IMG/VR virus record: IMGVR_UViG_3300023174_000147
Length of the DNA: 64,000 nucleotides
From: an uncultured virus (IMG/VR IMGVR_UViG_3300023174_000147)
Taxonomy: Duplodnaviria > Heunggongvirae > Uroviricota > Caudoviricetes
Direction: 5' to 3' (one strand)
Below the pieces are notes generated by a model, which saw only the letters and a list, made by a program, of their open reading frames with translations, made no database searches and was not told where the DNA came from. A program made the translations under genes and the position numbers. This document shows positions 41,078 through 51,746 of the stretch, piece by piece. Every line of letters begins with the position of its first letter. Positions within the stretch are counted from its first letter, which is position 1.

Positions 41078-41779
41078 TTATTTAGTTTTAGTTACTTGAC
41101 TTAAGTGTTGGGGATCAACCATAGGAACTACTGGAACTCCGGAAGGTCCTACCCCAGTTGGATGCGTATGCGCATTAAAAAAAGTTAAAAATGTACTTCC
41201 CAAAACAAGTTTTTCTATAGCTCCTTCTCCCAGCTCTATATTTTGTGATTTTACAATTACTTTTTGCTTTGCTCCCTGTTTTTCCATTCTAACCTCGTCA
41301 TCATTCAGCTTTAAAACTATCCGGAGTTTCTCTTTATTCGTTCCCGCGTTCTGTGTGTCTATCTGAATAGTCGCATCACCTAGCTGAAAAACAAGACCTT
41401 TTTTTCTGGTATAAATCATCTTAAGAGCTCCCGGTTGAGCCTCTGAATCGTAAATTAAAGACTGAGTTCCGTCATAAGAATTATCATCTCTAAGCTCGGC
41501 GAGTAGATCCTTCGATATCTCTTTGATAAAGTGATAATTCATTTTATAGTAATTATTATCCTCGAATTCAACAGCTACAACCGAACCTAATCTAGGTATA
41601 GATATATTTCCCCCACCGAAGCTTCCGCCAAAGGCTAGACCTGAGATCTGTTCTGCCCATGGTAAATCATCTGACGGGATTCCATCAAATATTCCGAAAA
41701 CTTCTATTCTTGCTCTCCCCTGATAAAGTGGATCCTTAATATCAACCACTTTACCAAGGTACGTTTTTTGACTTGGCAT
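41078..41779 (-). CDS. baseplate central spike, gp5/gpV-like (OB fold, HxH apex motif)
   Basis: YLGKVVDIKDPLYQGRARIEVFG...DLPWA...IPRLGSVVAVEFED; C-terminal FNAHTHPTGVGPSG. Confidence 0.85.
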   Translation of the reverse strand: MPSQKTYLGKVVDIKDPLYQGRARIEVFGIFDGIPSDDLPWAEQISGLAFGGSFGGGNISIPRLGSVVAVEFEDNNYYKMNYHFIKEISKDLLAELRDDNSYDGTQSLIYDSEAQPGALKMIYTRKKGLVFQLGDATIQIDTQNAGTNKEKLRIVLKLNDDEVRMEKQGAKQKVIVKSQNIELGEGAIEKLVLGSTFLTFFNAHTHPTGVGPSGVPVVPMVDPQHLSQVTKTK

Positions 41780-41781
41780 AA

Positions 41782-44253
41782 TTATTCAAATTTTTCAGGC
41801 TCGGGATTCATTCCCCCCGTACTGATATTATATTTATATTCAGACTTTAAATTTCCTAAATTTAATGGGTTTTCTATAATGAAATCCCCGCTGGTATTAG
41901 GATATGCTTTACCTATGTCTCCTCTAGATTTTTTGTTAGCGTTCTCTATTTTTTGATAAACTGCATTTGGTTTAGTGGAAAATGTGTTTGAAGGATCCCT
42001 GAGTTCACCATTCGAAGAAATCTTTTGAGTCTGTGCATAGACAGGTCCTGCTTCTATATTAGCCTGTGAAGCTGATTTCACTGGATCGGGATAAACCTTC
42101 TGTTCTGGTAGAGACATTGGATTTTGATTAACCTGATAAACATCTTCCGATATTGTTGGATAAACCCTCTGTGGCACACCGAGTTCACTTCCAGGAACGT
42201 TGACATAAACATCTTCATTAGGATTTGTATAGACCCTATCGGGTACACCAAGATCAGTTCCAGGAACGTTGGAATATGAATCACCTCCTGGCGCTACATA
42301 AACTCTATCGGGGACTCCTAGATCCGGTCCAGGCGAGCTTGTGTACTCATCACCTCCTGGTGCTGGATAGACTCTATCAGGAACTCCTAAAGCAGTTCCT
42401 GGAACATCCGCGTAAGCGTCCCCGCCTGGAGCAGGATATATTCTCGACGGAACACCAAGATCAGTACCAGGTACATTAGCATAAACGTCGCTGCTAGGAT
42501 CTGGATAAACCCTATCAGGAACTCCTAGATCAGGTCCAGGAACGGTAGCATAAACGTCACCATTAGGAACCGGATAGACTCTTCCGGGAACACCAAGATC
42601 TTTACCAGGAACTTCATTATAAACATCACCTGACGGGACATTATAAACTCTATCAGGTACACCTAAATCAGGTCCAGGTACGCTTGGGTATCTATCACCT
42701 CCGGGTGGTGGATATACTCTTCCTTGGATTCCTGATACACTGCTAACTCCTAAATCCTGTCCTGGGACTTTAGCATAAACATCGCCAGAAGTTTTTTTAT
42801 AGACCCTTTGTGGCGGTCCACCCAATCCAGTCGTTTGCGGATTAGGTAATTCTGTCTTTTTAAATCCTGCATTTACGTTTCCTAATTGATCAAGAAACTG
42901 CTGTGCACTATTGAAAGAAAGATTGCCTAATATTTGCGAAGGATTTAAACTATAGATATTACCTAAAGCTAATGAATCTAAACCTGCAACGTTAGGTTTT
43001 ATAAAGCTCGCAACGCCTTCGTTAATAAGATCGTTTAGTGAATTGCTTAAAAAGTTAGTTAATAATTCACCGCCTAATGAAAGAATATCACTACCCAAAT
43101 TGCTAGGATTTCTTTGAACCGATGATCTGGCTCCGTCCCAGCTATCGCCAAGAACCATCGGTTTACCGTCTTGTCTGATATTCGGATATTGTGATCTCAT
43201 TCTAACCCTGCCCACTATGATTCTAAATTTCTGACCTACTGGTGTTGCTGTATCTGAACCTGCACTGATTTCGCTTGGTATTGCTGTGCTCTCGCTAAAA
43301 TCAAATTCACAGTTTCTGCACTCAAAAACAATAACTGGTTTTATCCCGGTCTGATCCTGTTGATTTCTTAACATAGAAAAATCATTATCAACACCAGCAC
43401 CGTTTAAAACGTTTCCGACAAATGAATTAAATCCGCTTGCAGGATTTGTGTTTGAAGATCCCCCATTATATTCGCTATTTTGCTCACCAGCCACATCACC
43501 CAAATTTGTACCTGGATTATTACCAGATCCCAGCATTGATGTTAAATTGTCTATCGTAGTTAAAGCAGCGGACGATCCAATAAGTCTAGAAGTCTTAAAG
43601 AAATTACGAATCTCAGAAACGAAAATATACATTGTAAACTTTCTTAAGTTTCTGGGTATAAGCTCTCTCATATTATCATAGTCGAAAGTTGCCTGATTAT
43701 ATAGATCTGCAAGAGCAGTTATTCTCAAATTTAGCGACTCCAATGTGGTAAATTCTAAAGCCTTACCTGCAGTCCGCTGCGAATTAAACTCAGATCCTGC
43801 CTCTGTTGCAAAGCCCTTTCTAGCAACAAGAGGTAATTGATCTAATCCAGATATCGATTGTATAAACCAAGGAGAATTATTAAGTAAATCGCTTAAACTA
43901 TTTTTAAACTGAATTAGCATATCCGATCTTTTTCCTCCCCGCTGAAATTCAGCTTCTCTCTCCTGTAGATATGTTATCGCAGAATAAAAATTGATTGCTC
44001 CATTAGGGGTAGTCCTGTATGAGTATTGGGGTTGTCCAAATGGATTGGATGAAGAGAATCCGCTGGGTATATAAGACGTTTCTTTAAAAAGAGGACTAGG
44101 CGGAAGTCCATCGTCATCCCTTACTGGGAGTGCACCAAAATCTATCACTATTTTAAATCCAAGATATGTTGGATCCTCGTACTTTCCTTGTTTGGATAGC
44201 TTAAAGCCTTTTAAAAATAGACTTCTTAATTTATCTGTTGCTCCTAATGACAT
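41782..44253 (-). CDS. baseplate/tube-initiator-like protein with C-terminal 23-aa tandem repeats
   Basis: Between hub and spike genes; repeat consensus PDRVYPxPxGDVYxxVPGxDLGV. Confidence 0.5.
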   Translation of the reverse strand: MSLGATDKLRSLFLKGFKLSKQGKYEDPTYLGFKIVIDFGALPVRDDDGLPPSPLFKETSYIPSGFSSSNPFGQPQYSYRTTPNGAINFYSAITYLQEREAEFQRGGKRSDMLIQFKNSLSDLLNNSPWFIQSISGLDQLPLVARKGFATEAGSEFNSQRTAGKALEFTTLESLNLRITALADLYNQATFDYDNMRELIPRNLRKFTMYIFVSEIRNFFKTSRLIGSSAALTTIDNLTSMLGSGNNPGTNLGDVAGEQNSEYNGGSSNTNPASGFNSFVGNVLNGAGVDNDFSMLRNQQDQTGIKPVIVFECRNCEFDFSESTAIPSEISAGSDTATPVGQKFRIIVGRVRMRSQYPNIRQDGKPMVLGDSWDGARSSVQRNPSNLGSDILSLGGELLTNFLSNSLNDLINEGVASFIKPNVAGLDSLALGNIYSLNPSQILGNLSFNSAQQFLDQLGNVNAGFKKTELPNPQTTGLGGPPQRVYKKTSGDVYAKVPGQDLGVSSVSGIQGRVYPPPGGDRYPSVPGPDLGVPDRVYNVPSGDVYNEVPGKDLGVPGRVYPVPNGDVYATVPGPDLGVPDRVYPDPSSDVYANVPGTDLGVPSRIYPAPGGDAYADVPGTALGVPDRVYPAPGGDEYTSSPGPDLGVPDRVYVAPGGDSYSNVPGTDLGVPDRVYTNPNEDVYVNVPGSELGVPQRVYPTISEDVYQVNQNPMSLPEQKVYPDPVKSASQANIEAGPVYAQTQKISSNGELRDPSNTFSTKPNAVYQKIENANKKSRGDIGKAYPNTSGDFIIENPLNLGNLKSEYKYNISTGGMNPEPEKFE
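42133..42813 (-). repeat. coding tandem repeat, about 10 units of 69 nt (23 aa)
   Basis: Units such as PDRVYNVPSGDVYNEVPGKDLGV and PDRVYPDPSSDVYANVPGTDLGV; degenerate at DNA level. Confidence 0.9.
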
Positions 44254-44271
44254 TAATAGATTTAATTTTTA

Positions 44272-44279
44272 TATTTATC
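44272..44279 (-). promoter_or_regulatory. GATAAATA variant of putative late promoter
   Basis: ~19 nt upstream of ORF starting at 44253; one base from both GATATATA and T4 TATAAATA. Confidence 0.5.
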
Positions 44280-44287
44280 CTTCTTTT

Positions 44288-45847
44288 TTAGAACATGTTT
44301 TTAAGTATTGAAATAGGGAATGCTTTAGGCGCAGCACCAGAAGAGTTAGCCTTCCATGTTCTTTTAGCTAGTATTAAATGTTGCTTCATACCTGCACTTG
44401 ACCTGCTCCAATATATAGACATAGAGACAACGACATAATTGCCAGACAAAAACTCATCTTTAGTTGGAGTCATAGCTGTATTATTTTCTCTATTAGGAAG
44501 ATTTCCAACATTCTGTTGTCTTATACCCCCGCTCGAAACGTAAATGGCAACAGGTATAACCTGACCTCTATAAATTCCAGGAAAGAAATCAGTGAGCTCC
44601 ACTTCTAGTGTTAGTTTTGTGCAATCGTTTATATTGATAAGATTCTGATATTTTGCATGATAATAATTTTTATGTACACCATCATTAGCAGAAACCTGTG
44701 TATTCAATACACCAAGCCATTCTCTTCTTTTTTCTTCCTTGTACTCATTTCCCCTAGCTCTTCCTTTTTGTAGGATGGAACCTACACCAACGTGCTCAGC
44801 AGTGATTGATTCTATTGGGTAGCTAACATATTTTTGTTTAGGATCGTCATTTGCATCGTTTTCGTCATAGAATCCTATATCAGTAATATAGCCGCTCTCA
44901 TTTACATTATTACCTGCTCTAGAAGTTAATGTATATCCATTTATGAAATACGGAACTAAGCCAAATCCTACCCTATTAGTTATTACTAAAGGTACTGTTT
45001 GAGCTGTTGGAGCGGTTCCCTCTGGAATAGCAGCATCTATCTTATTACCTGCTGACGTGTATCCTGGTAAAATCCTAGCCTCAGCTTTAGGATCTTCGTC
45101 AAAGGCAAATTGAGCTCCAAGATTAACGAAATTGAGATTATAATAAGGATCTATCCAGCAATCATAAAAGCTCGTATCATCGTCTTTATATGATCTGAGC
45201 GAAACCTCCCGAATGAAATCATAATAAGAATAATTTGGACATATCCAAGTCATTTTATCATCTAGAGATTTATCATTAGACGAAAACCCTAAATTCAGAT
45301 CTTGCGAAACCTCCAGCAGAGTATCATGGGAATTTAAACTGCTGAATGATTTTATTCTGTTTGTATAAAGCCCAGGTATTCTGCATTCTGCAACTATGCT
45401 AAATCTTAAATTAATTCCCCTTCCTTCGGGATCACTTCCGGTTTCTGAATATTTGCTTGACACATCACTAGAAACATTCAATATATTAAAATCCATTCTT
45501 ATTGGCTTATAATAATCACCGGGTGCTCTCATATAAAGTGAAACTATGTCTCCATCTTTAGGATAATTCACAGAGATAAATATGCTTTCAGCTGCGATAA
45601 AAGAAAATCTGATGACTGGAATAAAGCCGCCAAGATCCATGTCAAATTTAGTAAGATACAATGAAATGTTATATCCATTAATTGAAATAAAAGGGACATT
45701 TAATCCTGTAGATTTTTCCGCTGTTTCCCCTGAGCTTCTTAATGAATCAACATCGGTAGCACCATTAGCAAAGTCAGTCTGAATTAGCTCATCCAGCTTC
45801 ATATTGTTTAGCGCTACACTAGATATAATTATAGAATCTCTTTCCAT
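44288..45847 (-). CDS. baseplate hub protein, gp27/late-control-D-like
   Basis: Position after gp53-like gene; WIDPYYNLNFVNL; FLSGNYVVVSMSIYW. Confidence 0.6.
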   Translation of the reverse strand: MERDSIIISSVALNNMKLDELIQTDFANGATDVDSLRSSGETAEKSTGLNVPFISINGYNISLYLTKFDMDLGGFIPVIRFSFIAAESIFISVNYPKDGDIVSLYMRAPGDYYKPIRMDFNILNVSSDVSSKYSETGSDPEGRGINLRFSIVAECRIPGLYTNRIKSFSSLNSHDTLLEVSQDLNLGFSSNDKSLDDKMTWICPNYSYYDFIREVSLRSYKDDDTSFYDCWIDPYYNLNFVNLGAQFAFDEDPKAEARILPGYTSAGNKIDAAIPEGTAPTAQTVPLVITNRVGFGLVPYFINGYTLTSRAGNNVNESGYITDIGFYDENDANDDPKQKYVSYPIESITAEHVGVGSILQKGRARGNEYKEEKRREWLGVLNTQVSANDGVHKNYYHAKYQNLININDCTKLTLEVELTDFFPGIYRGQVIPVAIYVSSGGIRQQNVGNLPNRENNTAMTPTKDEFLSGNYVVVSMSIYWSRSSAGMKQHLILAKRTWKANSSGAAPKAFPISILKNMF

Positions 45848-45853
45848 TTATCT

Positions 45854-46444
45854 TTAGTTTGTCTGTGGTGTATTAAATCCACCTCCCCCAGCATTCGGAG
45901 CAAATACAAAAAATCCATTCTTCCTGAATATAGGTTTTTCCCCAGGTTGTAAAACGTTAGGCGGAAGATTAAGCTCAGGTTTATTTTTTATTTTATCTTG
46001 TAAAAATTTTTTTCTGCCATCGCTTACCTTAAATTTCTTCTGCTCCTGATTTTTCTTAAATACGTTATTAGGATTTGTGTTTGTATTAGAAGAAACTTCC
46101 TGATTCTGTGCTTTCTTAACTCTAAAAGATTCCTTTACTGTACCAGAATCGGGAATTGCTAAAGCCATACCTTCTTTTAAAGAAAAAGGATTACCTATTG
46201 CATTAAACTTTAATAGCGATCCAACCATACCAGGATCTCCCAGCTTAATAGCTGCTATTAAATCGGGTCTCATTTGGTAATACTCGGTAACGATAAAAAA
46301 GGAAGCTATAGATACTGGTAAGTTGTTATAAGTTATTGATGCTTTAGTTAAATCCCATATACCATAAGTCCCTGTAGAATTCAAATTATTTTGTGGATTG
46401 AATACCGATTTATTCTGAGTAATAGTGTCTATTATTAATGCCAT
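45854..46444 (-). CDS. baseplate wedge protein, gp53/LysM-like
   Basis: IVTEYYQMRPDLIA...G......LLKFNAIGNPFSLKEGMALAIP. Confidence 0.75.
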   Translation of the reverse strand: MALIIDTITQNKSVFNPQNNLNSTGTYGIWDLTKASITYNNLPVSIASFFIVTEYYQMRPDLIAAIKLGDPGMVGSLLKFNAIGNPFSLKEGMALAIPDSGTVKESFRVKKAQNQEVSSNTNTNPNNVFKKNQEQKKFKVSDGRKKFLQDKIKNKPELNLPPNVLQPGEKPIFRKNGFFVFAPNAGGGGFNTPQTN

Positions 46445-46454
46445 TTTATATTAA

Positions 46455-48329
46455 TTAATTTCCTCCTGGACCTTTCATGTCAGCTAGATTGTCAATACTG
46501 CTCTTCCATAATCCATCTTGCAATCCTTGATCTGGCGTATCCCCACTAAGTACGTTTCCTGCCACATCAGCAAAGGATCCAAAGCTTTGTAAGTTAGCAG
46601 ACGTTTTTTCAGAGCTATGATAAAGCCTTCCGTCTCCCCTATTGAATATGCTTTCAATCTCTCCCCTTTCTCTGTCTCTTGCGTGTTTGAGTTTGAATGT
46701 TGCTTTCATAGTAGTTGGAAAATCATCAGGGCCTAGTGTGTCACCAAATTCAATGCTAACATCATCACATAGCAAATTTCCAATCATTGCAATAGGATTA
46801 CAAGGATTACCTATAACTACGTGCCATTCTCCTATCGGTGCTCCAGTTAAAAAGCTTAAAGGTGCTTGGTACTTCTCTATAAATTCACCGGTAATAGCTG
46901 TTTTCAAGAATCTAGAAGCATCGTCGCCCAAAGCATTTGTTATTTCTTTTAGCGTATCAGATATGTTATTTCCTGCATTTTTGCCTAGCCTTGTATAGAT
47001 CTCTTTTATCTTATCAATCAATGCCTGATCATTTTCTCCTCCGCCACCTCCACCTGTAGTTTCTGGTGTCTCAGCTGAATCTCCGCCACTAGTGAGGTTA
47101 CCTAATTTGGATCCGTATGTAAGTAGCCATCCCATAGGATCTTTATAATATTCCTGTAGACCTTCGTCTCCACCAGGAAATCCTATGGCAGGGAAATTGG
47201 AGTTATATCTAATATCTGGGGTTAAAAAATTCCCATAATTTGTACCGATCGATAAAAGATTACCCATCAAATCCAAAAAAGCAGCCTTACTGTTAACTTC
47301 GCCTACAGAGCTTAATTCATATTCAAATATCAGATTTAATCCGGCCCAGCTAAAACTAAGACCTGTATTTCTAGTGTATCCATTGGTAACAACATCAACA
47401 GGGGTCCAAATATATTCTCCCATTATACCAGCCCTTTCCTTAGAAAGATCTCTTAGCCCCTTAGCTCTTATACCCTTAGATATAGTTTCATCCTTGTCAG
47501 TTGCAATAATAACGCCTTCAGCAAGAGCTGCACCTGCATCAAAAGCATTACCCATTCCCTCTGATATTTTTTGCAAAACACCACCAAAAAACTTAACCGG
47601 GCCATCCTGAAAGAATCCCTTAGAAAAAGCTTCTTGTACTAAAGTAGCACCCTGATTGCTTTCTTGCCAATTTATACCTGTGCTGAATGTTATAAGGTCA
47701 CTTAGAACATTTCCAGTATTACCGCCAAACCAAGTAACTGCCTGTGCAACGGGTCTTCCTGCTCCCCCTGCATGATACGATTCACTGCTTTTAATATTAT
47801 TTTTAGATCCAGGCACAGAAAGATTATCCAAAACTGGGGTAGGAAATCTTCTTAGAGTTATCATGTAGTTGTTAGGAATGGTGCCGTAGTGCTTACAATA
47901 CAAGAAGTCTTTCCAATAATAAGGCGCGGAAAGCCCCCCTATTATAGACCCCTCTATATTACCGAGGAGCCCCCTTAATATTCCTGTGTTCTGATCACTT
48001 GCTGCTTCGAATGTTGCAGTTTCTCTAACTAAAAACCCAGCTGTTGGATTTTTGGACTGTATTGAGGATACCTTAGTGTTATAGTTGGAAGACTCCGATC
48101 TATAATAAGCATCAACGAAATCATTTCCACCGCTTCCTAGAGAATAAAAAAGGTATTGGCCGTATTTTCCAGGAGTCCTCTTAGCAGCCTCGTAGAATAA
48201 ACTTCTAGCAGTCGGACCCTTATATGGATTATTAGAACCTAGATTGCTTGCTTCTGATATTATATCATTAGCAGTACCCTGAAGTGTTGCTTCATAGAGT
48301 AGGCCAATCTTTTGCTTATCTATTGACAT
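46455..48329 (-). CDS. baseplate tail-tube cap/initiator, gp48/gp54-like
   Basis: Position upstream of gp53-like gene; IGNLLCDDVSIEF...DDFPTTMKATFKLK. Confidence 0.5.
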   Translation of the reverse strand: MSIDKQKIGLLYEATLQGTANDIISEASNLGSNNPYKGPTARSLFYEAAKRTPGKYGQYLFYSLGSGGNDFVDAYYRSESSNYNTKVSSIQSKNPTAGFLVRETATFEAASDQNTGILRGLLGNIEGSIIGGLSAPYYWKDFLYCKHYGTIPNNYMITLRRFPTPVLDNLSVPGSKNNIKSSESYHAGGAGRPVAQAVTWFGGNTGNVLSDLITFSTGINWQESNQGATLVQEAFSKGFFQDGPVKFFGGVLQKISEGMGNAFDAGAALAEGVIIATDKDETISKGIRAKGLRDLSKERAGIMGEYIWTPVDVVTNGYTRNTGLSFSWAGLNLIFEYELSSVGEVNSKAAFLDLMGNLLSIGTNYGNFLTPDIRYNSNFPAIGFPGGDEGLQEYYKDPMGWLLTYGSKLGNLTSGGDSAETPETTGGGGGGENDQALIDKIKEIYTRLGKNAGNNISDTLKEITNALGDDASRFLKTAITGEFIEKYQAPLSFLTGAPIGEWHVVIGNPCNPIAMIGNLLCDDVSIEFGDTLGPDDFPTTMKATFKLKHARDRERGEIESIFNRGDGRLYHSSEKTSANLQSFGSFADVAGNVLSGDTPDQGLQDGLWKSSIDNLADMKGPGGN

Positions 48330-48349
48330 TTTTAACTATCCCCATTTTT

Positions 48350-48679
48350 TTACAAATCGTGGATAGCATAGTCTATTATTTCGGAGAAATCCTCAAGAAA
48401 CTCCCCTAAATTTGATTTAAAATCAGGAGGCATGTTTCTATAGCAAACAAGTATACTATCACACTTATTACTATATATTCCTTGAGTTATTTTATTGCGA
48501 ATTGAATGATTTAGTATAAATTCAGATTCTGGATTTAGATTAACTGTCTCATATCCAAGATCTCTTATTATTTTAGTTATATCTATAACATAGAAATCAC
48601 AAGAAAAAATTGATTTTTTTCTTGCCTCTTTGGGTGAGTGCTTGGAAATATAAAAATTCACATTAATCCTTTTATCCAT
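48350..48679 (-). CDS. hypothetical protein
   Basis: 109-aa ORF in operon. Confidence 0.55.
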   Translation of the reverse strand: MDKRINVNFYISKHSPKEARKKSIFSCDFYVIDITKIIRDLGYETVNLNPESEFILNHSIRNKITQGIYSNKCDSILVCYRNMPPDFKSNLGEFLEDFSEIIDYAIHDL

Positions 48680-48682
48680 TCA

Positions 48683-48961
48683 TTAAGTATTTTCTATTTT
48701 ATCCCAGTCTTTATTCATAAGCATGGACTGGAAACTCCCATAATCATTTGATTCGTTACGGTAAATAAATATCTCATTATCTTTGACACTATCGGGTTTT
48801 TGTGATTTCTTATTTGCAATTTCTTGATTCTTCATATCTTGAAGATTTTGCCTATGCAATTCTTTTCCATTTTCTAAGTTAGATGTTGTTGAAAATGGCT
48901 TATGTGGTTTAAGTAAACCGAAATGTTTAAGAAGTTTTCTTCTCTCTCTTCTGTTCTGCAT
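48683..48961 (-). CDS. hypothetical protein with basic N-terminus (NRRERRK)
   Basis: 92-aa ORF with A-rich leader. Confidence 0.55.
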   Translation of the reverse strand: MQNRRERRKLLKHFGLLKPHKPFSTTSNLENGKELHRQNLQDMKNQEIANKKSQKPDSVKDNEIFIYRNESNDYGSFQSMLMNKDWDKIENT

Positions 48962-48975
48962 TTTTTTTATTTTTT

Positions 48976-49563
48976 TTAAATTTCTACAGTAAATCCTTTT
49001 GATTTTCCAAAAGTTGAATCGTCTCTATTATAAAGGTCCATGCCAACCACGAATTTAAAAAGTTTTAAAAATATAGCAGGAATGAAAACATCCTTTGCTT
49101 TAACAACATCATTAGCAGGGATGAATATAAATTCGGATAATTTTTCACTCTCTGATCCATCGGTTGTTGCTATATCCTTATCTAAACCTGTAACATCAAC
49201 GCCAAAACATGGATGCTCTGCATCAACCATTTTAGAAGCTGTTACAGTTCCTAAAAAATGCCATTTAGAATTATCTGTAACATCAAATCCAGATTCTTCT
49301 TTAAGCTCTCTTTTTGCGGTCTCCAGAAAATCTGGATCTTCGTCTTCTGATGTCCCCGAAATGAGACTAATAGAATATCCGCCCTCTCTGAAAGGGTTTT
49401 TTTCCTTCAGAACTCCTAGCATTAAAGGCAATCCCTGGTCATCGTTAATAAAGGGGAGTATCATAACGGACTCTACCGTTGATCTTATGCCTACTTTACC
49501 TTCTCTCTCTATAACATCAAATCTAGGCGTAGAAGAAAGTATTTTTTCTTGTGAGTTATTCAT
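48976..49563 (-). CDS. Nudix hydrolase
   Basis: Nudix box GTSEDEDPDFLETAKRELKEESGF. Confidence 0.85.
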   Translation of the reverse strand: MNNSQEKILSSTPRFDVIEREGKVGIRSTVESVMILPFINDDQGLPLMLGVLKEKNPFREGGYSISLISGTSEDEDPDFLETAKRELKEESGFDVTDNSKWHFLGTVTASKMVDAEHPCFGVDVTGLDKDIATTDGSESEKLSEFIFIPANDVVKAKDVFIPAIFLKLFKFVVGMDLYNRDDSTFGKSKGFTVEI

Positions 49564-50197
49564 CGTCGGGTTTTTTATTGTTTGTTACTAATGCTTTTTT
49601 TTCCTGAACTTTAGGGGTTTCTTTCTTTTCATAATATGATTTTTCAATAGAATCTGCAAGAGAGGCTTTAATATCATTTATATCAACCCCATCTAAAACA
49701 AAGTCTATTATTTCTCTTTCCGCATCTTCAAAAGAGCCCGATAAAACGTTGTAAAGATCTTTTGATGGAAGATTCAATTTTATATTAATTGAAACATCAA
49801 CCATGTTCTTTTTCTGTTTTTTCAGTAGCTTATATATCGGAGAATCGTTTTGTTGGATTTTTGGATCTTCGTATATGATGGACGTAACGGTTGTTTGCTC
49901 ATTAGGTTTTGGATAATTAACAGGTGCACTGTGGACGGGCTGTGCGGGTAACATTATTACATACTCGCTAAGAAGCTCAGAGTTTATTCTTTTCCCGCTT
50001 TCAAATACTATGAATGTAGCATCCCCATTTAATACGATATCTTTATATTTTTCATCCATTCCAATATCATCACCTTTGATCCACTGATAGTCAAATGCAC
50101 CATAGTATGAACGAGCATCGTTTATTGTTTGTTCGCTTATTTCCATTTTTTTCTTTTTTTTATCCTTCTTATTAAATAATGAAGATAGTATCCCCAT
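49556..50197 (-). CDS. hypothetical protein (likely start at ATG 50197, MGILSSLF)
   Basis: ORF track 49556..50263; internal ATG preferred over upstream GTG. Confidence 0.55.
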   Translation of the reverse strand: MGILSSLFNKKDKKKKKMEISEQTINDARSYYGAFDYQWIKGDDIGMDEKYKDIVLNGDATFIVFESGKRINSELLSEYVIMLPAQPVHSAPVNYPKPNEQTTVTSIIYEDPKIQQNDSPIYKLLKKQKKNMVDVSINIKLNLPSKDLYNVLSGSFEDAEREIIDFVLDGVDINDIKASLADSIEKSYYEKKETPKVQEKKALVTNNKKPDDE

Positions 50198-50201
50198 AGC
50201 T

Positions 50202-50303
50202 TTACTTTTTATTGGATTTTTTAGTAATTGTTTCTGTAGTTTTTTGATTATACGATTCACCAAATAATCTTAGGTTGCTGTAAAGATCATTAATAGTTGC
50301 CAC
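50202..50303 (-). CDS. possible 33-aa ORF (GTG start, MATINDLYSNLRLFGESYNQK...)
   Basis: Manual translation; fills gap and ends 4 nt before next ATG. Confidence 0.25.
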   Translation of the reverse strand: MATINDLYSNLRLFGESYNQKTTETITKKSNKK

Positions 50304-50361
50304 AGAGAATATCCATATCTAATTGTAGAAATTAGAGGTCTCTTTGTTTCGGCTTTAAAAT

Positions 50362-51279
50362 TTATTCTTTTGGTAGTTTTGAAGAGATCTCTTCCACGTC
50401 CTTTTTATCCATGAATTCGGAAAGGAGTGCTGCTACATTTTTTAGCATTTCTCTGTCTTCTGATCTTGACTCTACTGATCTTTTATAGTGATTGAATAAT
50501 GACTCCTCGTCTGTATTATTCTGTATACACATTGACCTTTTGGTTAGATACTTAATATATGGATCTGGATTTTTTATCTCGCTAAATCCTTTATTCACTG
50601 TAATTACGTTCATATTAGGAATTTTGAAAGATGTTTTCTTGTCTAATGAATCATTGTTTATGTAAACGCAAGGGTGATGATCACTAGGATTTAGATATAT
50701 TTTAAACTTTGATAAAAAATCTTCTTTACTTCTTTTTGTTATTTCAATAAGCATACCATTATCCAGTGTAGCATCCCAAACATAATCACCGCAGGATTTA
50801 AAAGATTCTACGGAACCTGGGATTCCTATCAGATCCATAAGCAATTCCACATCGTCCTGTGCATTTTGTTTTGTTCTTTCCTGCCCTGTTGTTTTTGAAT
50901 TCTCTAAATGATTAGCAAAATCTTCAATAAAATCTTCTATCCTGGATTTATTTACACCCTTTGATAACCATTTTGAGTATGTATTGATATTCAATTCTAT
51001 TATAGATCCATCACTATCTTTTTTAATAGAAACTGCGTTATTAGGTATCCATATATAATCCGATTCGTTACCGTCATTATTAACATAACAAATAGCTATA
51101 GATGTCTCATTTTTCTTTGGTATTATTATCTTATCAGGTGTGGTTTCTTTGCCTTCCGCTGTTAGATCAACGGGTGATATGATATACCCTCCGTTCCAAG
51201 AATCTTTAATCCCAGGTATATTATAAGACTCGCTCTCGTTAATCTTAGACTTCTGAAAATCATTAAATCCTAGTATCAT
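50362..51279 (-). CDS. probable internal head protein (leader MILGFNDFQKSKINE)
   Basis: ATG at 51279 follows the upstream stop; CTS-like leader. Confidence 0.55.
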   Translation of the reverse strand: MILGFNDFQKSKINESESYNIPGIKDSWNGGYIISPVDLTAEGKETTPDKIIIPKKNETSIAICYVNNDGNESDYIWIPNNAVSIKKDSDGSIIELNINTYSKWLSKGVNKSRIEDFIEDFANHLENSKTTGQERTKQNAQDDVELLMDLIGIPGSVESFKSCGDYVWDATLDNGMLIEITKRSKEDFLSKFKIYLNPSDHHPCVYINNDSLDKKTSFKIPNMNVITVNKGFSEIKNPDPYIKYLTKRSMCIQNNTDEESLFNHYKRSVESRSEDREMLKNVAALLSEFMDKKDVEEISSKLPKE

Positions 51280-51280
51280 C

Positions 51281-51727
51281 TTAGTTTCTATAATCGCTTC
51301 CAAAGGAAACAGTAATTTTGAATTTTTTAGGATCAGTAGACTTATTCATATCAATAGTCAAATTATTAGGATAGGTAGGTATTACACTAGCAAGTTTATC
51401 AACATGAAGCTGACTGTAATCTATAGTTTTACCTGGGATTAGATCCATATCGAATTTTTTAGGCTCTTCATTTGGATAATCATCCACGCTAAATTCAAGT
51501 TCTACCAAATTAATATTAAATATAAGATCATCAATACCTGCTTTTTTAACTATAAGATCCACGCTATATTCAATAAAAGCTTTAGCATCGTCAATATCAG
51601 CGTATTCTTCAGGCCTGTTAAAAAGATCAATCTCAATATACTTTAGCTCCATTCCAAATGAGTAATCTCCTCTAGAACTACCCTTTTTAGAAGAGCTAAA
51701 TGCAGAATAGTCGTAAATTCTTCCCAC
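51281..51727 (-). CDS. hypothetical protein (GTG start, MGRIYDYSAF)
   Basis: 148-aa ORF downstream of GATATATA. Confidence 0.55.
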   Translation of the reverse strand: MGRIYDYSAFSSSKKGSSRGDYSFGMELKYIEIDLFNRPEEYADIDDAKAFIEYSVDLIVKKAGIDDLIFNINLVELEFSVDDYPNEEPKKFDMDLIPGKTIDYSQLHVDKLASVIPTYPNNLTIDMNKSTDPKKFKITVSFGSDYRN

Positions 51728-51746
51728 TTTTGTTAGATTTTTCTTC

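Noticed and set aside
42133..42813. Regularly spaced 69-nt repeats as a CRISPR array
   Set aside because: In frame within a CDS, degenerate at synonymous positions, no identical repeats with unique spacers
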